Source of the DNA: a phage
DNA: 64,000 bases
Sequence record: PZ452594.1
Strand: one strand, 5' to 3'
Both the position numbers and the translations under genes were made by a program. The notes under the pieces were generated by a model. The model was not told the origin of the DNA and did no database searches. It saw nothing but the letters and a program-made list of their open reading frames with translations. Below, one piece after another: positions 41,858 to 51,495 of this stretch (position 1 is the stretch's first letter; the number at the start of each line of letters is the position of its first letter).

Positions 41858-44121
41858 TACAATTTACACGCTGCACAATCGTCGGCTTTTGGAGTTTCTA
41901 TTTCATAATCATCAGTACCAGAACCATCGCGGGTATTATGATAATAGAAATTTTTTCCGCCAAAATACCAAAAATACAAAAGGTCATCAATCATTATTGA
42001 CATTGGAACCTTTCCTTTAGGGAAGATTTGGGGGTCATAGTATGTATTCGCTGAAGCTGATTGACATACCCATTTCAGCATAATAGCTACCTGCGTAAGA
42101 TAAGGTTTATTACCTTTCTTAGCTAATTTCCATGTATAATCATAGAGGTCTATGTTATGCTCAATATTGGGCACGACTTGATTAAAGGAGCCCTCTTTTG
42201 ATTCTTTAACAGAGACTGGTCCACGTGGAGGCTCGATACCGTTTGTACTGTTAGAAACTTGGGAAGATGACTCACATGGCATAAGTGCTGATAATGTGCT
42301 ATTACGGATGCCAAAGAGCTTAAGGTCTTCCCGCAGCGACGACCAGTCACAAACGTATTTTGGAGCTGCGATTTGGTCAATCTTTTTATTGTACCAGTCG
42401 ATAGGTAATTCGCCTCGAGACCAACGAGTGTCTGAATAATATTCGCAAGGTCCTTTTTCTTTGGCGATCTTAATGGATGCTTTAATGAGTCCATACTGTA
42501 ATCTCTCAAATAGTTCATGTGTTAAATCGTTAGCATCTTCATAAGAAGCAAAGTTACTTGCCAGCCAAGCTGCATAGTTAGTAACACCTACACCAAGGTT
42601 TCGACGCTTTTTAGCTTTTTCTGCTTCAGGAACTGGATATCCTTGGTAATCCAAAAGATTATCAAGAGCACGAACTTGAACTTCTGCTAATTCATTAATT
42701 TTATCTTGGTCTTGCCAATCGAAGTTATCCAGCACAAATGCAGATAACGTGCACAATCCAATTTCAGCATCAGGACTATTCACATCATTTGTTGGAATAG
42801 CAATTTCACAGCACAAGTTACTCTGACGAATAGGTGCCTTTTCACGAATAAACGGAGTGTAGTTATTCGTATTATCAATGAACTGCACATAAATCCTTGC
42901 TGTTCCTGAACGTTCAGTCATGAGCAATTCAAATAGTTCACGGGCTTTAATACGCTTTTTACGAATATTAGGGTCTTTTTCTGCTGCTTCGTATAATTCA
43001 CGGAAACGGTCTTGGTCTTTAAAATAAGAATAATAAAGCTCTCCACCCATTTCATGTGGACTGAACAAAGTAATGTAATCGTTCTTTCCAAAACGTTCCA
43101 TCATTAGATCATTCAGTTGAACACCATAATCCATATGACGAATGCGGTTTTCTTCTACGCCTTTGTTATTTTTTAAAACGAGAAGATTTTCAACTTCCAA
43201 ATGCCAAATAGGATAATAAGCAGTAGCAGCGCCGCCACGAATTCCACCCTGTGAGCATGATTTAACTGCAGTCTGAAAATGTTTCCAAAAAGGAATAACA
43301 CCAGTATGGCGTACTTCACCCATGCCAATCTTAGAACCTTCGGCACGAATCATACCAACGTTAATACCAATTCCAGCGCGTTTAGAGATATATTCAACAA
43401 TTGAAGCGGAAGCCTTATTGATAGACTTTAATGAATCACCTGCCTCAATAACAACACATGAACTAAACTGTCGAGTCGGAGTACGACAACCAGCCATAAT
43501 AGGAGTTGGCAATGAAATCTGTCGAGTAGATACTGCTTCATAAAAACGGATAACATGTTTTAATCTATCAACAGGTTCATCTTGATGCAGTGCCATTCCA
43601 ATAGTCATAAATGCAAACTGTGGAGTTTCATAAATTTGACCAGTGGTTTTATCTTTGACTAGATATTTTTCTTTTAATTGCATCGCCCCGGAATAAGTAA
43701 ATTCCATATCCCGCTCGTGCTTAATTTTTGATTCTAAAAATGTAATTTCTTCTGCTGAATATTTTGACAATAATTCAGGGTCATATTTACCTGCATTTAC
43801 ACAATAAGAAATATGGTCAATAAATGAACGTGGTTCATACTGCCCATAAACATGCTTACGAAGAGAGAACATTAAACAGCGAGCGGCTACATATTGGTAA
43901 TCAGGCTCTTCAACTGAAATAGAATTTGCAGCAGCCTTAATGACAATAGTCTGAATATCATCAGTTGTCATTCCATCACGGAGATAAGATTTAATATTTT
44001 CATATAATTCATAAGGATCTACTGATGTTCCCTCAGCTGCCCAAGATAAAACTTTAATAATTTTTTGTGGGTCAAAGCTCTGAGAAACACCACTACTTTT
44101 GATAACATTAATTAATTGCAT
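41857..44121 (-). CDS. nrdA: Ribonucleotide reductase large subunit NrdA (754 aa)
   Basis: 754 aa; N-terminal ATP-cone, class I RNR catalytic region, C-terminal CxxC tail (DDCAACKL). Confidence 0.97.
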   Translation of the reverse strand: MQLINVIKSSGVSQSFDPQKIIKVLSWAAEGTSVDPYELYENIKSYLRDGMTTDDIQTIVIKAAANSISVEEPDYQYVAARCLMFSLRKHVYGQYEPRSFIDHISYCVNAGKYDPELLSKYSAEEITFLESKIKHERDMEFTYSGAMQLKEKYLVKDKTTGQIYETPQFAFMTIGMALHQDEPVDRLKHVIRFYEAVSTRQISLPTPIMAGCRTPTRQFSSCVVIEAGDSLKSINKASASIVEYISKRAGIGINVGMIRAEGSKIGMGEVRHTGVIPFWKHFQTAVKSCSQGGIRGGAATAYYPIWHLEVENLLVLKNNKGVEENRIRHMDYGVQLNDLMMERFGKNDYITLFSPHEMGGELYYSYFKDQDRFRELYEAAEKDPNIRKKRIKARELFELLMTERSGTARIYVQFIDNTNNYTPFIREKAPIRQSNLCCEIAIPTNDVNSPDAEIGLCTLSAFVLDNFDWQDQDKINELAEVQVRALDNLLDYQGYPVPEAEKAKKRRNLGVGVTNYAAWLASNFASYEDANDLTHELFERLQYGLIKASIKIAKEKGPCEYYSDTRWSRGELPIDWYNKKIDQIAAPKYVCDWSSLREDLKLFGIRNSTLSALMPCESSSQVSNSTNGIEPPRGPVSVKESKEGSFNQVVPNIEHNIDLYDYTWKLAKKGNKPYLTQVAIMLKWVCQSASANTYYDPQIFPKGKVPMSIMIDDLLYFWYFGGKNFYYHNTRDGSGTDDYEIETPKADDCAACKL

Positions 44122-44438
44122 AAGTCCTCAACTTGAAAATCGTCTTTAAACAATCGGTTAACTATATGAGCTATTATATCACCATGACACGGCTTTGGTT
44201 TACATGTGCATCCTAGCCTCATTCCACGTAAAGGCTCTAAATGTGCTTTAGTTATTTCTCCGGATTTAATTCGACGTATAAAATCTTTTTTGAATAATTC
44301 AATGGCAGCCTCCCGGCTGCCAGCATCTTTACCGACGTAATTTCCCCAAAATGTACCACGGTGAATATTAACATCAAAGTCGGATTTGTATTTATTCACT
44401 ACCCGGCATAGACGGCCCACGCTGGAATAATTCGTCAT
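44112..44438 (-). CDS. Hypothetical protein (108 aa; nrdA.1-like)
   Basis: ORF between td and nrdA with ATG start. Confidence 0.55.
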
Positions 44439-44655
44439 ATTGTTTTTCCGTTAATACAGTAATATCATAGTAACAATCGGAAGAAGTTTTAACTGTGGAA
44501 ATTTTATTATCAAAATACTCACGAGTCATTTTATGAGTATAGTATTTTTTACCATAAATGGTAATAGGCTGTTCTGGTCCTGGAACTTCTAACTCGCTTG
44601 GGTTAGGAAGTGTAAAAAGAACAACGCCAGAAGTATCTTTAAATCGTAAAATCAT
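44392..44655 (-). CDS. Hypothetical protein (87 aa from ATG 44655; track 91 aa from TTG)
   Basis: ORF between td and nrdA; overlaps the next ORF by 47 nt. Confidence 0.5.
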
Positions 44656-44675
44656 ATATCCTCGCAATAATAAAA

Positions 44676-45536
44676 TTACACCGCCATCTTTCCTTTAATA
44701 GGAGGGTGTGATTCATAGTTGTTAAGAACAAAATTATGCGGCTTTGCGAATTGACTCAACCAAAATACCTGCGATTCTGTGTCCCATTCATCAAATTCAT
44801 CTGGAAATTTTAATTGCAATTCGCATAAATCCATAGGTTCACGACGTAAAATTTCTTTACATTGTTCTACGTGATTCATATAGATATGAGTATTACCGCC
44901 AGAAAATATCAAATCTCCCGGAATAAGATTACACATCTTAGCTACAATATGAACTAACGTAGCATATGATGCAATATTAAATGGAAGACCGAGGAAAACA
45001 TCTACCGAACGTTGATACCACTGGAGGTCAAGGTATCCGTTACGAACATTAAATTGATAGAACATATGACAAGGCGGTAATGCCATATATTTAAGTTCAG
45101 CTGGATTCCATGCAGAAACAATTTGACGCCTATCATTTGGCAGTTTTTTAATACGATCAATAACTTCTATAATTTGGTCTACACCGCCAAAATCACGCCA
45201 CTGTTTTCCATAAATTGGACCAAGTTCACCGCTATGGTATCCTAAATCTTTTGCTTGATTTTCGTAATTTTCATCCCAGACTGTTTTGCCTTGGATTAAC
45301 GAATCATGCTGAATTAATCGTAAATCATTGACATTTGTGCTTCCTGACAAAAACCATATTAACTCAGCAATGCAAGCTTTCCAGGCGAGCTTTTTAGTTG
45401 TTACTGCAGGAAAACCTTTGGTTAAATCCCAACGCAATTTAGTACCAAACAAAGCAATTGTTCCTGTGCCTGTTCGGTCATCGGTTTCATAACCATTTTC
45501 AAAAATGTCTTTAATTAAATCTTGGTATTGTTTCAT
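44676..45536 (-). CDS. td: Thymidylate synthase (286 aa), uninterrupted
   Basis: Continuous 286-aa ORF with active-site PPCH motif ([11 protein letters not shown]) and DRR ([12 protein letters not shown]); no intron. Confidence 0.97.
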
Positions 45537-45580
45537 TTAGTACCTTATATAAATTATAATACATTTTATGAAGCTAATAA

Positions 45581-45928
45581 TCAATACGGTTTAGCATCAA
45601 ATTTTCTCTCAATTTCAGGCGTGAAATATAATTCTTTACCGCGTTTGGAAAAACGACCAATAATATGATAATTATTCTCATCAAACGTGATATTACCAAT
45701 ATTCATAGCTTTCAACCAAATATCGATATTTCTATCCAGCTTTATGTCAAAATTCCAGTACGGAGAACTATTACCGAAAATACTGCAAGCGGATTCAGTG
45801 AAACAACTGCTATAAATCTTGTCCTTAGGAACTACTAATTGATAGACACCTTTAATAAACTGAGGACCCTGCCATTTTGGTTGTTTCGTGTCTTTTTCTA
45901 ATAGAATAGGGTAATAATTAAAATTCAT
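45581..45928 (-). CDS. Hypothetical protein (115 aa from ATG; track 119 aa from GTG) inserted between frd and td
   Basis: ORF fills a 412-bp interval between frd stop and td start; no recognisable motif. Confidence 0.55.
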   Translation of the reverse strand: MNFNYYPILLEKDTKQPKWQGPQFIKGVYQLVVPKDKIYSSCFTESACSIFGNSSPYWNFDIKLDRNIDIWLKAMNIGNITFDENNYHIIGRFSKRGKELYFTPEIERKFDAKPY

Positions 45929-45948
45929 ATTTTCCGCCACGCGTTATT

Positions 45949-46771
<823 letters not shown>

Positions 46772-46787
<16 letters not shown>

Positions 46788-47131
46788 TGAAAGGGGCCAG
46801 AAGCAAATCCGCTATCTTTAATCATTTTAACTAAAGTTACCATTCCTCTGTTAACTGCTTGCGCGATTTCATCAAAAACTTCATCATTATCACCATAAAG
46901 ATCGCTAAAAAGTTCTAACACATTCTTCTGAACTTTTAATTTACAGCCAACAAATTCGCCTACAGTAAATTCGTTTCCGCCAACTCCAGCGTAAAACGTA
47001 ATTACACCAGTTAATGGTCTTTCACTAGAACATAGGTCGTGTGATAAATTAATATAAGCCGTCCCGGGTACAGTTTTAAGTTGGCAACGAATACTTACTC
47101 GAGCAATTCCAGCTACATGAATGTCAGACAT
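46772..47131 (-). CDS. Hypothetical protein (119 aa; frd.x cluster)
   Basis: ORF between frd and 32. Confidence 0.55.
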
Positions 47132-47141
47132 AATATTTTCC

Positions 47142-47384
47142 TCAAATAGACTTTTTCACAATTTTCCAATCAGCTTTAAACTGCTCGACGTCAGAATGAT
47201 AAATCCAGAATCCTGCGCTTTCTCCATCCTCATAAAGAGGGCATCCATCGCATTCATCTTCCCATCCCATGCCACGTAAAAGGTGTTCAGCTTTTTCAAC
47301 AAGTTCAGAATCTTTACCGATGATATTAAAATACCATTTACCTCTAACTTCCGAATCTTTGATGCTCTGACGTTGTAATCTCAT
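47142..47384 (-). CDS. Hypothetical protein (80 aa; frd.x cluster)
   Basis: ORF with AAGGAG RBS and upstream GTTTAC element. Confidence 0.55.
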   Translation of the reverse strand: MRLQRQSIKDSEVRGKWYFNIIGKDSELVEKAEHLLRGMGWEDECDGCPLYEDGESAGFWIYHSDVEQFKADWKIVKKSI

Positions 47385-47438
47385 TTTATTCTCCTTAATT
47401 GATAGGGTAATAGTATCACACTACTACCCTTCTGTAAA

Positions 47439-47804
47439 CTACTTTTTGAAAGTTTTTTGCAAAAGTTCAATGATTTCGTCTGCATTGTTTTCGTCAACAA
47501 TGCAGTGAATTTTTGTTACGCCAGAAACCTTGTCTTCGATTTCATCTTCTTCAGAAGTCGGTTCTTTATACTCACGAAAACAATGAAATTCGTCTTCACA
47601 AACGTTAAAGTAAAAATGCTTTCCATTTGCGCATTCAATGTGTTTTATTACTCTAAATCCATCAACAAAGAAAGCTTCTTTAACTTCAAACCATCCGCCA
47701 TTTTCTTGAATAATTTTAACTATTGCTGAATTAGAACGTGGGCGATAATTAATAAATGTATCAATAAGTCTTGGAACAAGTTCATACTTTTTACCGATAT
47801 ACAT
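47439..47804 (-). CDS. Hypothetical protein (121 aa)
   Basis: ORF between frd cluster and 32. Confidence 0.55.
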   Translation of the reverse strand: MYIGKKYELVPRLIDTFINYRPRSNSAIVKIIQENGGWFEVKEAFFVDGFRVIKHIECANGKHFYFNVCEDEFHCFREYKEPTSEEDEIEDKVSGVTKIHCIVDENNADEIIELLQKTFKK

Positions 47805-47824
47805 TATGTTTTCCTCATTTTAAC

Positions 47825-47841
47825 GGGGCTGTAATAGCCCC
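47825..47841 (-). terminator. GC hairpin between small ORFs
   Basis: ggggct gtaat agcccc. Confidence 0.4.
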
Positions 47842-47848
47842 TTGATAA

Positions 47849-48076
47849 TTATTGTTCAATCAATCCCATGTAAAATTCTGCGTCTTCAGAATCCATACCA
47901 TCACAATATTCATTAGCCATAAAGCGGGTGAGGTCTTCAAGAGGACCTTCAATAACGATTTGAATACTCCAAAACTTAGAATCTTGCACGCTTGTGATAC
48001 TAAGTTCAGGATAACGATTACGAATAATTTCTTCGATATATTCAAAATCAACGATGTCAATATCAACTTTAGCCAT
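47849..48076 (-). CDS. Hypothetical acidic protein (75 aa from ATG 48076; track 96 aa)
   Basis: ATG at 48076 preceded by AGGAAA; upstream part of the track ORF lies in the gene 32 terminator region. Confidence 0.5.
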   Translation of the reverse strand: MAKVDIDIVDFEYIEEIIRNRYPELSITSVQDSKFWSIQIVIEGPLEDLTRFMANEYCDGMDSEDAEFYMGLIEQ

Positions 48077-48180
48077 ATTATTTTCCTCTTTAATCATCAG
48101 CAGTATTGCCGATAGTTGTATAGTACCATAGAAGGACAAGGATGTAAACCGTTTTGTGAAAAAATTTTTTGAAATAAAAA

Positions 48181-48199
48181 GGGGACCTCTAGGGTCCCC
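48181..48199 (-). terminator. Rho-independent terminator after gene 32
   Basis: ggggacc tctag ggtcccc; minus strand followed by UUUUUAUUUC. Confidence 0.75.
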
Positions 48200-48221
48200 A
48201 ATTAATTAGTAATATAATCTA

Positions 48222-49130
48222 TTAAAGGTCATTCAAAAGGTCATCCAGGTCCGTGTCATCAGCACTAGATGAACTACCAGAGCTTGAGCTCATAAAATCA
48301 TCTTCAGTTTTTGTATTGAAGTCATCAACATTGAATGCATCCAAATCATCAGCAACTTTATCAGCTTTCTTAGCAGCAGTTGCAGCGGCACCACCCATAG
48401 CAGCAGTTCCCATAACTTGGCTGAACTTAGTGCTCAGTTCTTCAAATGATTTGAATTTATCTTTAGAAGTCATTTCAGAAAGGTCAACCATTTGTTCGAA
48501 CAGTTCTTTCTGGAAAGATTCATCATCAATGTTTGGAATCGCAGATTGATTCAGGAATTTAGATTCATCGTAGTTACTAAATCCGGAAACTTGTTTAACT
48601 TTCAGTACAAAGTTAGCACCTTCCCACGGACAAGTTACATCAACCGGAGTTTCACCCATTTCAACATCAACTGCAATCATTGCATTGATTTTATCCCAGA
48701 TTTTCTTACCAAAACGGTATTTAAATACTTTACCTTCGTTTTCTGGAGCAGCTGGGTCTTTTACTACAAGAATGTTAGCCCAGTAAGAAGTTTTACGTTT
48801 AACAAGACTGTACTCTTTATTGTCAGTGTTGTACAGATCATTTTTACTGATGTATTGACATACTGGGCAAGAATCGTAATCACCGTGGGTAGATGAACAG
48901 TTTTCAATATACCATTTACCATTTTTCTTGAAACCGTGATTTACAAGAATTGCGAATGGTGCTTGTTCATCATTTTTAGACGGAAGAAAACGAATTACTG
49001 CTTGACCGTTACCCGCATTGTCGAGTTTCAGTTTCCACTCGCCTTTATCTTCAGAAGAAAAACCACCTTTATTTCCAGCCAGTTTAGCCATTTGTGCAGC
49101 GAGTTCAGCAGTAGATTTACGTTTAAACAT
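48222..49130 (-). CDS. 32: Single-stranded DNA-binding protein gp32 (302 aa)
   Basis: N-terminus [17 protein letters not shown], zinc-binding H/C cluster, acidic Ser/Asp-rich C-terminus; A/U-rich leader upstream; strong terminator downstream. Confidence 0.97.
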   Translation of the reverse strand: MFKRKSTAELAAQMAKLAGNKGGFSSEDKGEWKLKLDNAGNGQAVIRFLPSKNDEQAPFAILVNHGFKKNGKWYIENCSSTHGDYDSCPVCQYISKNDLYNTDNKEYSLVKRKTSYWANILVVKDPAAPENEGKVFKYRFGKKIWDKINAMIAVDVEMGETPVDVTCPWEGANFVLKVKQVSGFSNYDESKFLNQSAIPNIDDESFQKELFEQMVDLSEMTSKDKFKSFEELSTKFSQVMGTAAMGGAAATAAKKADKVADDLDAFNVDDFNTKTEDDFMSSSSGSSSSADDTDLDDLLNDL

Positions 49131-49160
49131 TTTTATTTCCTTTTTAATTTAATTAACAGT
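49131..49160 (-). promoter_or_regulatory. Gene 32 mRNA leader / autogenous translational operator region
   Basis: Minus-strand leader ACUGUUAAUUAAAUUAAAAAGGAAAUAAAA-AUG: unstructured A/U-rich tract with UUAAA repeats before the start codon. Confidence 0.6.
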
Positions 49161-49213
49161 TGGTGCTATGACGATGTATGACCTCATAGCTGGTCAGTGA
49201 GATAATTATAATC

Positions 49214-49221
49214 TATTTATA
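49214..49221 (-). promoter_or_regulatory. Late promoter motif (minus strand) upstream of gene 32
   Basis: Plus TATTTATA = minus TATAAATA, ~85 nt upstream of gene 32 ATG. Confidence 0.5.
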
Positions 49222-49229
49222 ATAAGCAA

Positions 49230-49883
49230 TTAATACTTGCAAGATTTCACAGTTTCAATGAAAACACTTTTAGCTTTCTGTGAATCAATATTTAAAATTT
49301 TTCTATAAGCCTTTAACTTTATAGAATAATTATTCCAGACTAAATTATCAGTCTGTTCATCGTGTTTATCAATTATATTTAAAAACGAATCAAGCAAGAT
49401 AAACGTTTCAAACGAAATTATATTCGACTGAAGCAGTTTAAAAATATAACTTGATTGAACCTTTGGATTATATTCAAAGATTTCTTTAAAAGCAGAAACT
49501 TCAACTTTTTTACTAAAATAATAAATGTTGCGAATATCTTCTTCAAACTTAAATTTAATTTGCTTTAAGCGTCCGATATATTCACGATAAAACACAAGTG
49601 CATCAGCGTCAGAGATGTCACCAATCCAAGCATCTTGGTTAGCAACCAAATTGCTTATAAAGATTAAAGCAAGTTCCTTTAATTTATATTTTTCTGATAA
49701 CTTCTGGAAAAAATACTTATCCCTTCGCTTTTGATAAGCGGCATCAGACACCCGCATGCACCAATTATACTTAATAACATCATACTTTCCATTCATATGT
49801 TGTTTTATCATTAAGTATAATTTATAAACTGATTTACCATCAATGTATCTTTCACCACCAGCAGGCATGCGGAGTTTAATCAT
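49230..49883 (-). CDS. 59: gp59 helicase loader (217 aa)
   Basis: 217 aa, N-terminus MIKLRMPAGGERYIDGKSVYKLY as T4 gp59. Confidence 0.95.
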   Translation of the reverse strand: MIKLRMPAGGERYIDGKSVYKLYLMIKQHMNGKYDVIKYNWCMRVSDAAYQKRRDKYFFQKLSEKYKLKELALIFISNLVANQDAWIGDISDADALVFYREYIGRLKQIKFKFEEDIRNIYYFSKKVEVSAFKEIFEYNPKVQSSYIFKLLQSNIISFETFILLDSFLNIIDKHDEQTDNLVWNNYSIKLKAYRKILNIDSQKAKSVFIETVKSCKY

Positions 49884-50218
49884 AGCAGAAAATCTAATGT
49901 ATTAGTTTTTTCACAACGAACAACAGAAGGACGTAAAAGATTTTCGTCAATAGCTTCTGACTGAATTTTTTCAATTATACCCGAAGGAATAAATTTAGCA
50001 AATTGAGTTTCAGGAATAGAGTTTTCTTCCAAGAATGCTGTCGTAGCTTCAAGATAACTCATTCCAAACTCTTCTACCATTTTTTCAATAATAAATCCAT
50101 TTTCTTGACGATCAAGAAGCTTTGCTATTTCATCCTTTTCTTTTTTGATTGAAAGTTCTTTTTCTGAAAGACCGGTCTCATCGACCGGACGAATATCATT
50201 TAGAGAAAACTGTGTCAT
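49880..50218 (-). CDS. 33: gp33 late transcription co-activator (112 aa)
   Basis: Track start is TTG; ATG at 50218 gives MTQFSLNDIRPVDETG and 112 aa. Confidence 0.9.
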   Translation of the reverse strand: MTQFSLNDIRPVDETGLSEKELSIKKEKDEIAKLLDRQENGFIIEKMVEEFGMSYLEATTAFLEENSIPETQFAKFIPSGIIEKIQSEAIDENLLRPSVVRCEKTNTLDFLL

Positions 50219-50465
50219 AAAGTTCAACTACCTCTTCAGTTTCAGCTTCAAACACATCACGGTTATCTTTATGATACAAAGCTAACAGACGATTAAACAT
50301 CTTGCCATCAACACCAAGTTCATCTTTGGCACGAATTCGAATATCTTTAATCAGTTCATTATAACCGGAAATTTTCAGTTTATGATCAGATGCTTCTTTA
50401 ATAAATTTAGCCAAGTCTTCGCCATGGATAGCTTCATCAAATTCAACCATTTCTTTTTTAGCCAT
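50196..50465 (-). CDS. dsbA: DsbA double-stranded DNA-binding protein (89 aa)
   Basis: 89-aa ORF overlapping start of gene 33, as in T4. Confidence 0.88.
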   Translation of the reverse strand: MAKKEMVEFDEAIHGEDLAKFIKEASDHKLKISGYNELIKDIRIRAKDELGVDGKMFNRLLALYHKDNRDVFEAETEEVVELYDTVFSK

Positions 50466-50473
50466 TATTCACC

Positions 50474-51391
50474 TCAAAATTCATTAATGCTATTAGTTAA
50501 TTTAGAAAGACCCGCTTTTACAAAATATGAATAAATTTTGCCACGCGGTGGTAATTTATATGAATTATAGTAATTCACAATGTTTGAAGCAATATTATCA
50601 GGAATATAATCAAAATCAATTAGAACTAAATTTTCTTTATAACGATTATATTCAGATTCTGTGAGAAGCACCTTAGCTTGCTCACGGTCATTAGCAATAG
50701 CTTCAACGATTGAAGTTTTCATTGAAGGAGTTCGTTCACCTTCAACTTTGGTAAACCAAAAGTCAGATCGTACTTTAACTGAAGCAACGTTATCCTTTTT
50801 GTCGCCTTTAAGGATTTTAGTCATACAGTCAATTTCAGCAGAACCGCTTTTAATTTTAACCCATTTCTTATGCATCGGTGACCATTGCTTAACATTTGGA
50901 TATTTGTGAAGTTGAGTAAAGTCACCATCAGATGAAATGATTAAAATCTTGTGTCCTTCTAAAGAGAACTTTTTAACAAGAACAGCAATGTGGTCATCTG
51001 CTTCATACTTATCAATATCCATAACAATGTATGGCATATAAGCTTTCAATTCATCTATGACTTTATGACTGGATTCAAAATAACCTTCCCAGTCCCAAGT
51101 AGATTCTTCTCGTGCTTTTCCGCGGTTTTTCTTGTAATAGTAAGCGAAATCACGACGCCAATATCCAGATTTCGCGTTATCAATACACAGTACAATTTTA
51201 GTGTATCCAAGCGTTTTTGCTTTTTTGACATTAAACTTAATTGAGTTCAATATCAAATGACGAACCATTGATAAATTAATTTTTTCTTTATCTGGGAAGT
51301 TTACCAAAGCAGTTGAAAGCGCAATTTGACTAAAGTCAATAAAGCAAATTCCTTCTTTGTAATCTTCATCCAGCATCATTTCTAAATCCAT
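50474..51391 (-). CDS. rnh: RNase H / 5-prime-3-prime exonuclease (305 aa)
   Basis: ATG at 51391 (GAGG RBS) gives MDLEMMLDEDYKEG; FEN-family acidic motifs; own early promoter. Confidence 0.94.
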   Translation of the reverse strand: MDLEMMLDEDYKEGICFIDFSQIALSTALVNFPDKEKINLSMVRHLILNSIKFNVKKAKTLGYTKIVLCIDNAKSGYWRRDFAYYYKKNRGKAREESTWDWEGYFESSHKVIDELKAYMPYIVMDIDKYEADDHIAVLVKKFSLEGHKILIISSDGDFTQLHKYPNVKQWSPMHKKWVKIKSGSAEIDCMTKILKGDKKDNVASVKVRSDFWFTKVEGERTPSMKTSIVEAIANDREQAKVLLTESEYNRYKENLVLIDFDYIPDNIASNIVNYYNSYKLPPRGKIYSYFVKAGLSKLTNSINEF

Positions 51392-51420
51392 ATGAACCTC
51401 GTTCAATTAGTGAGATTTCT

Positions 51421-51450
51421 ATTATATACCATCCAAATCTTAAAGTAAAC
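51421..51450 (-). promoter_or_regulatory. T4-type early promoter for rnh
   Basis: Minus strand GTTTAC (51450-51445), 18-nt spacer, TATAAT (51426-51421). Confidence 0.55.
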
Positions 51451-51463
51451 AAGTATAAATACT

Positions 51464-51471
51464 TATTATTG
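51464..51471 (+). promoter_or_regulatory. Late promoter motif upstream of gene 34
   Basis: Exact TATAAATA 25 nt before ATG 51496. Confidence 0.65.
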
Positions 51472-51495
51472 AAAACACAATAGGAGCCCGGGAGA

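Noticed and set aside
44676-45536. Group I introns in td (and nrdB at 39984-41162)
   Set aside because: Both reading frames are continuous and full length, with no intervening non-coding block of the required size.
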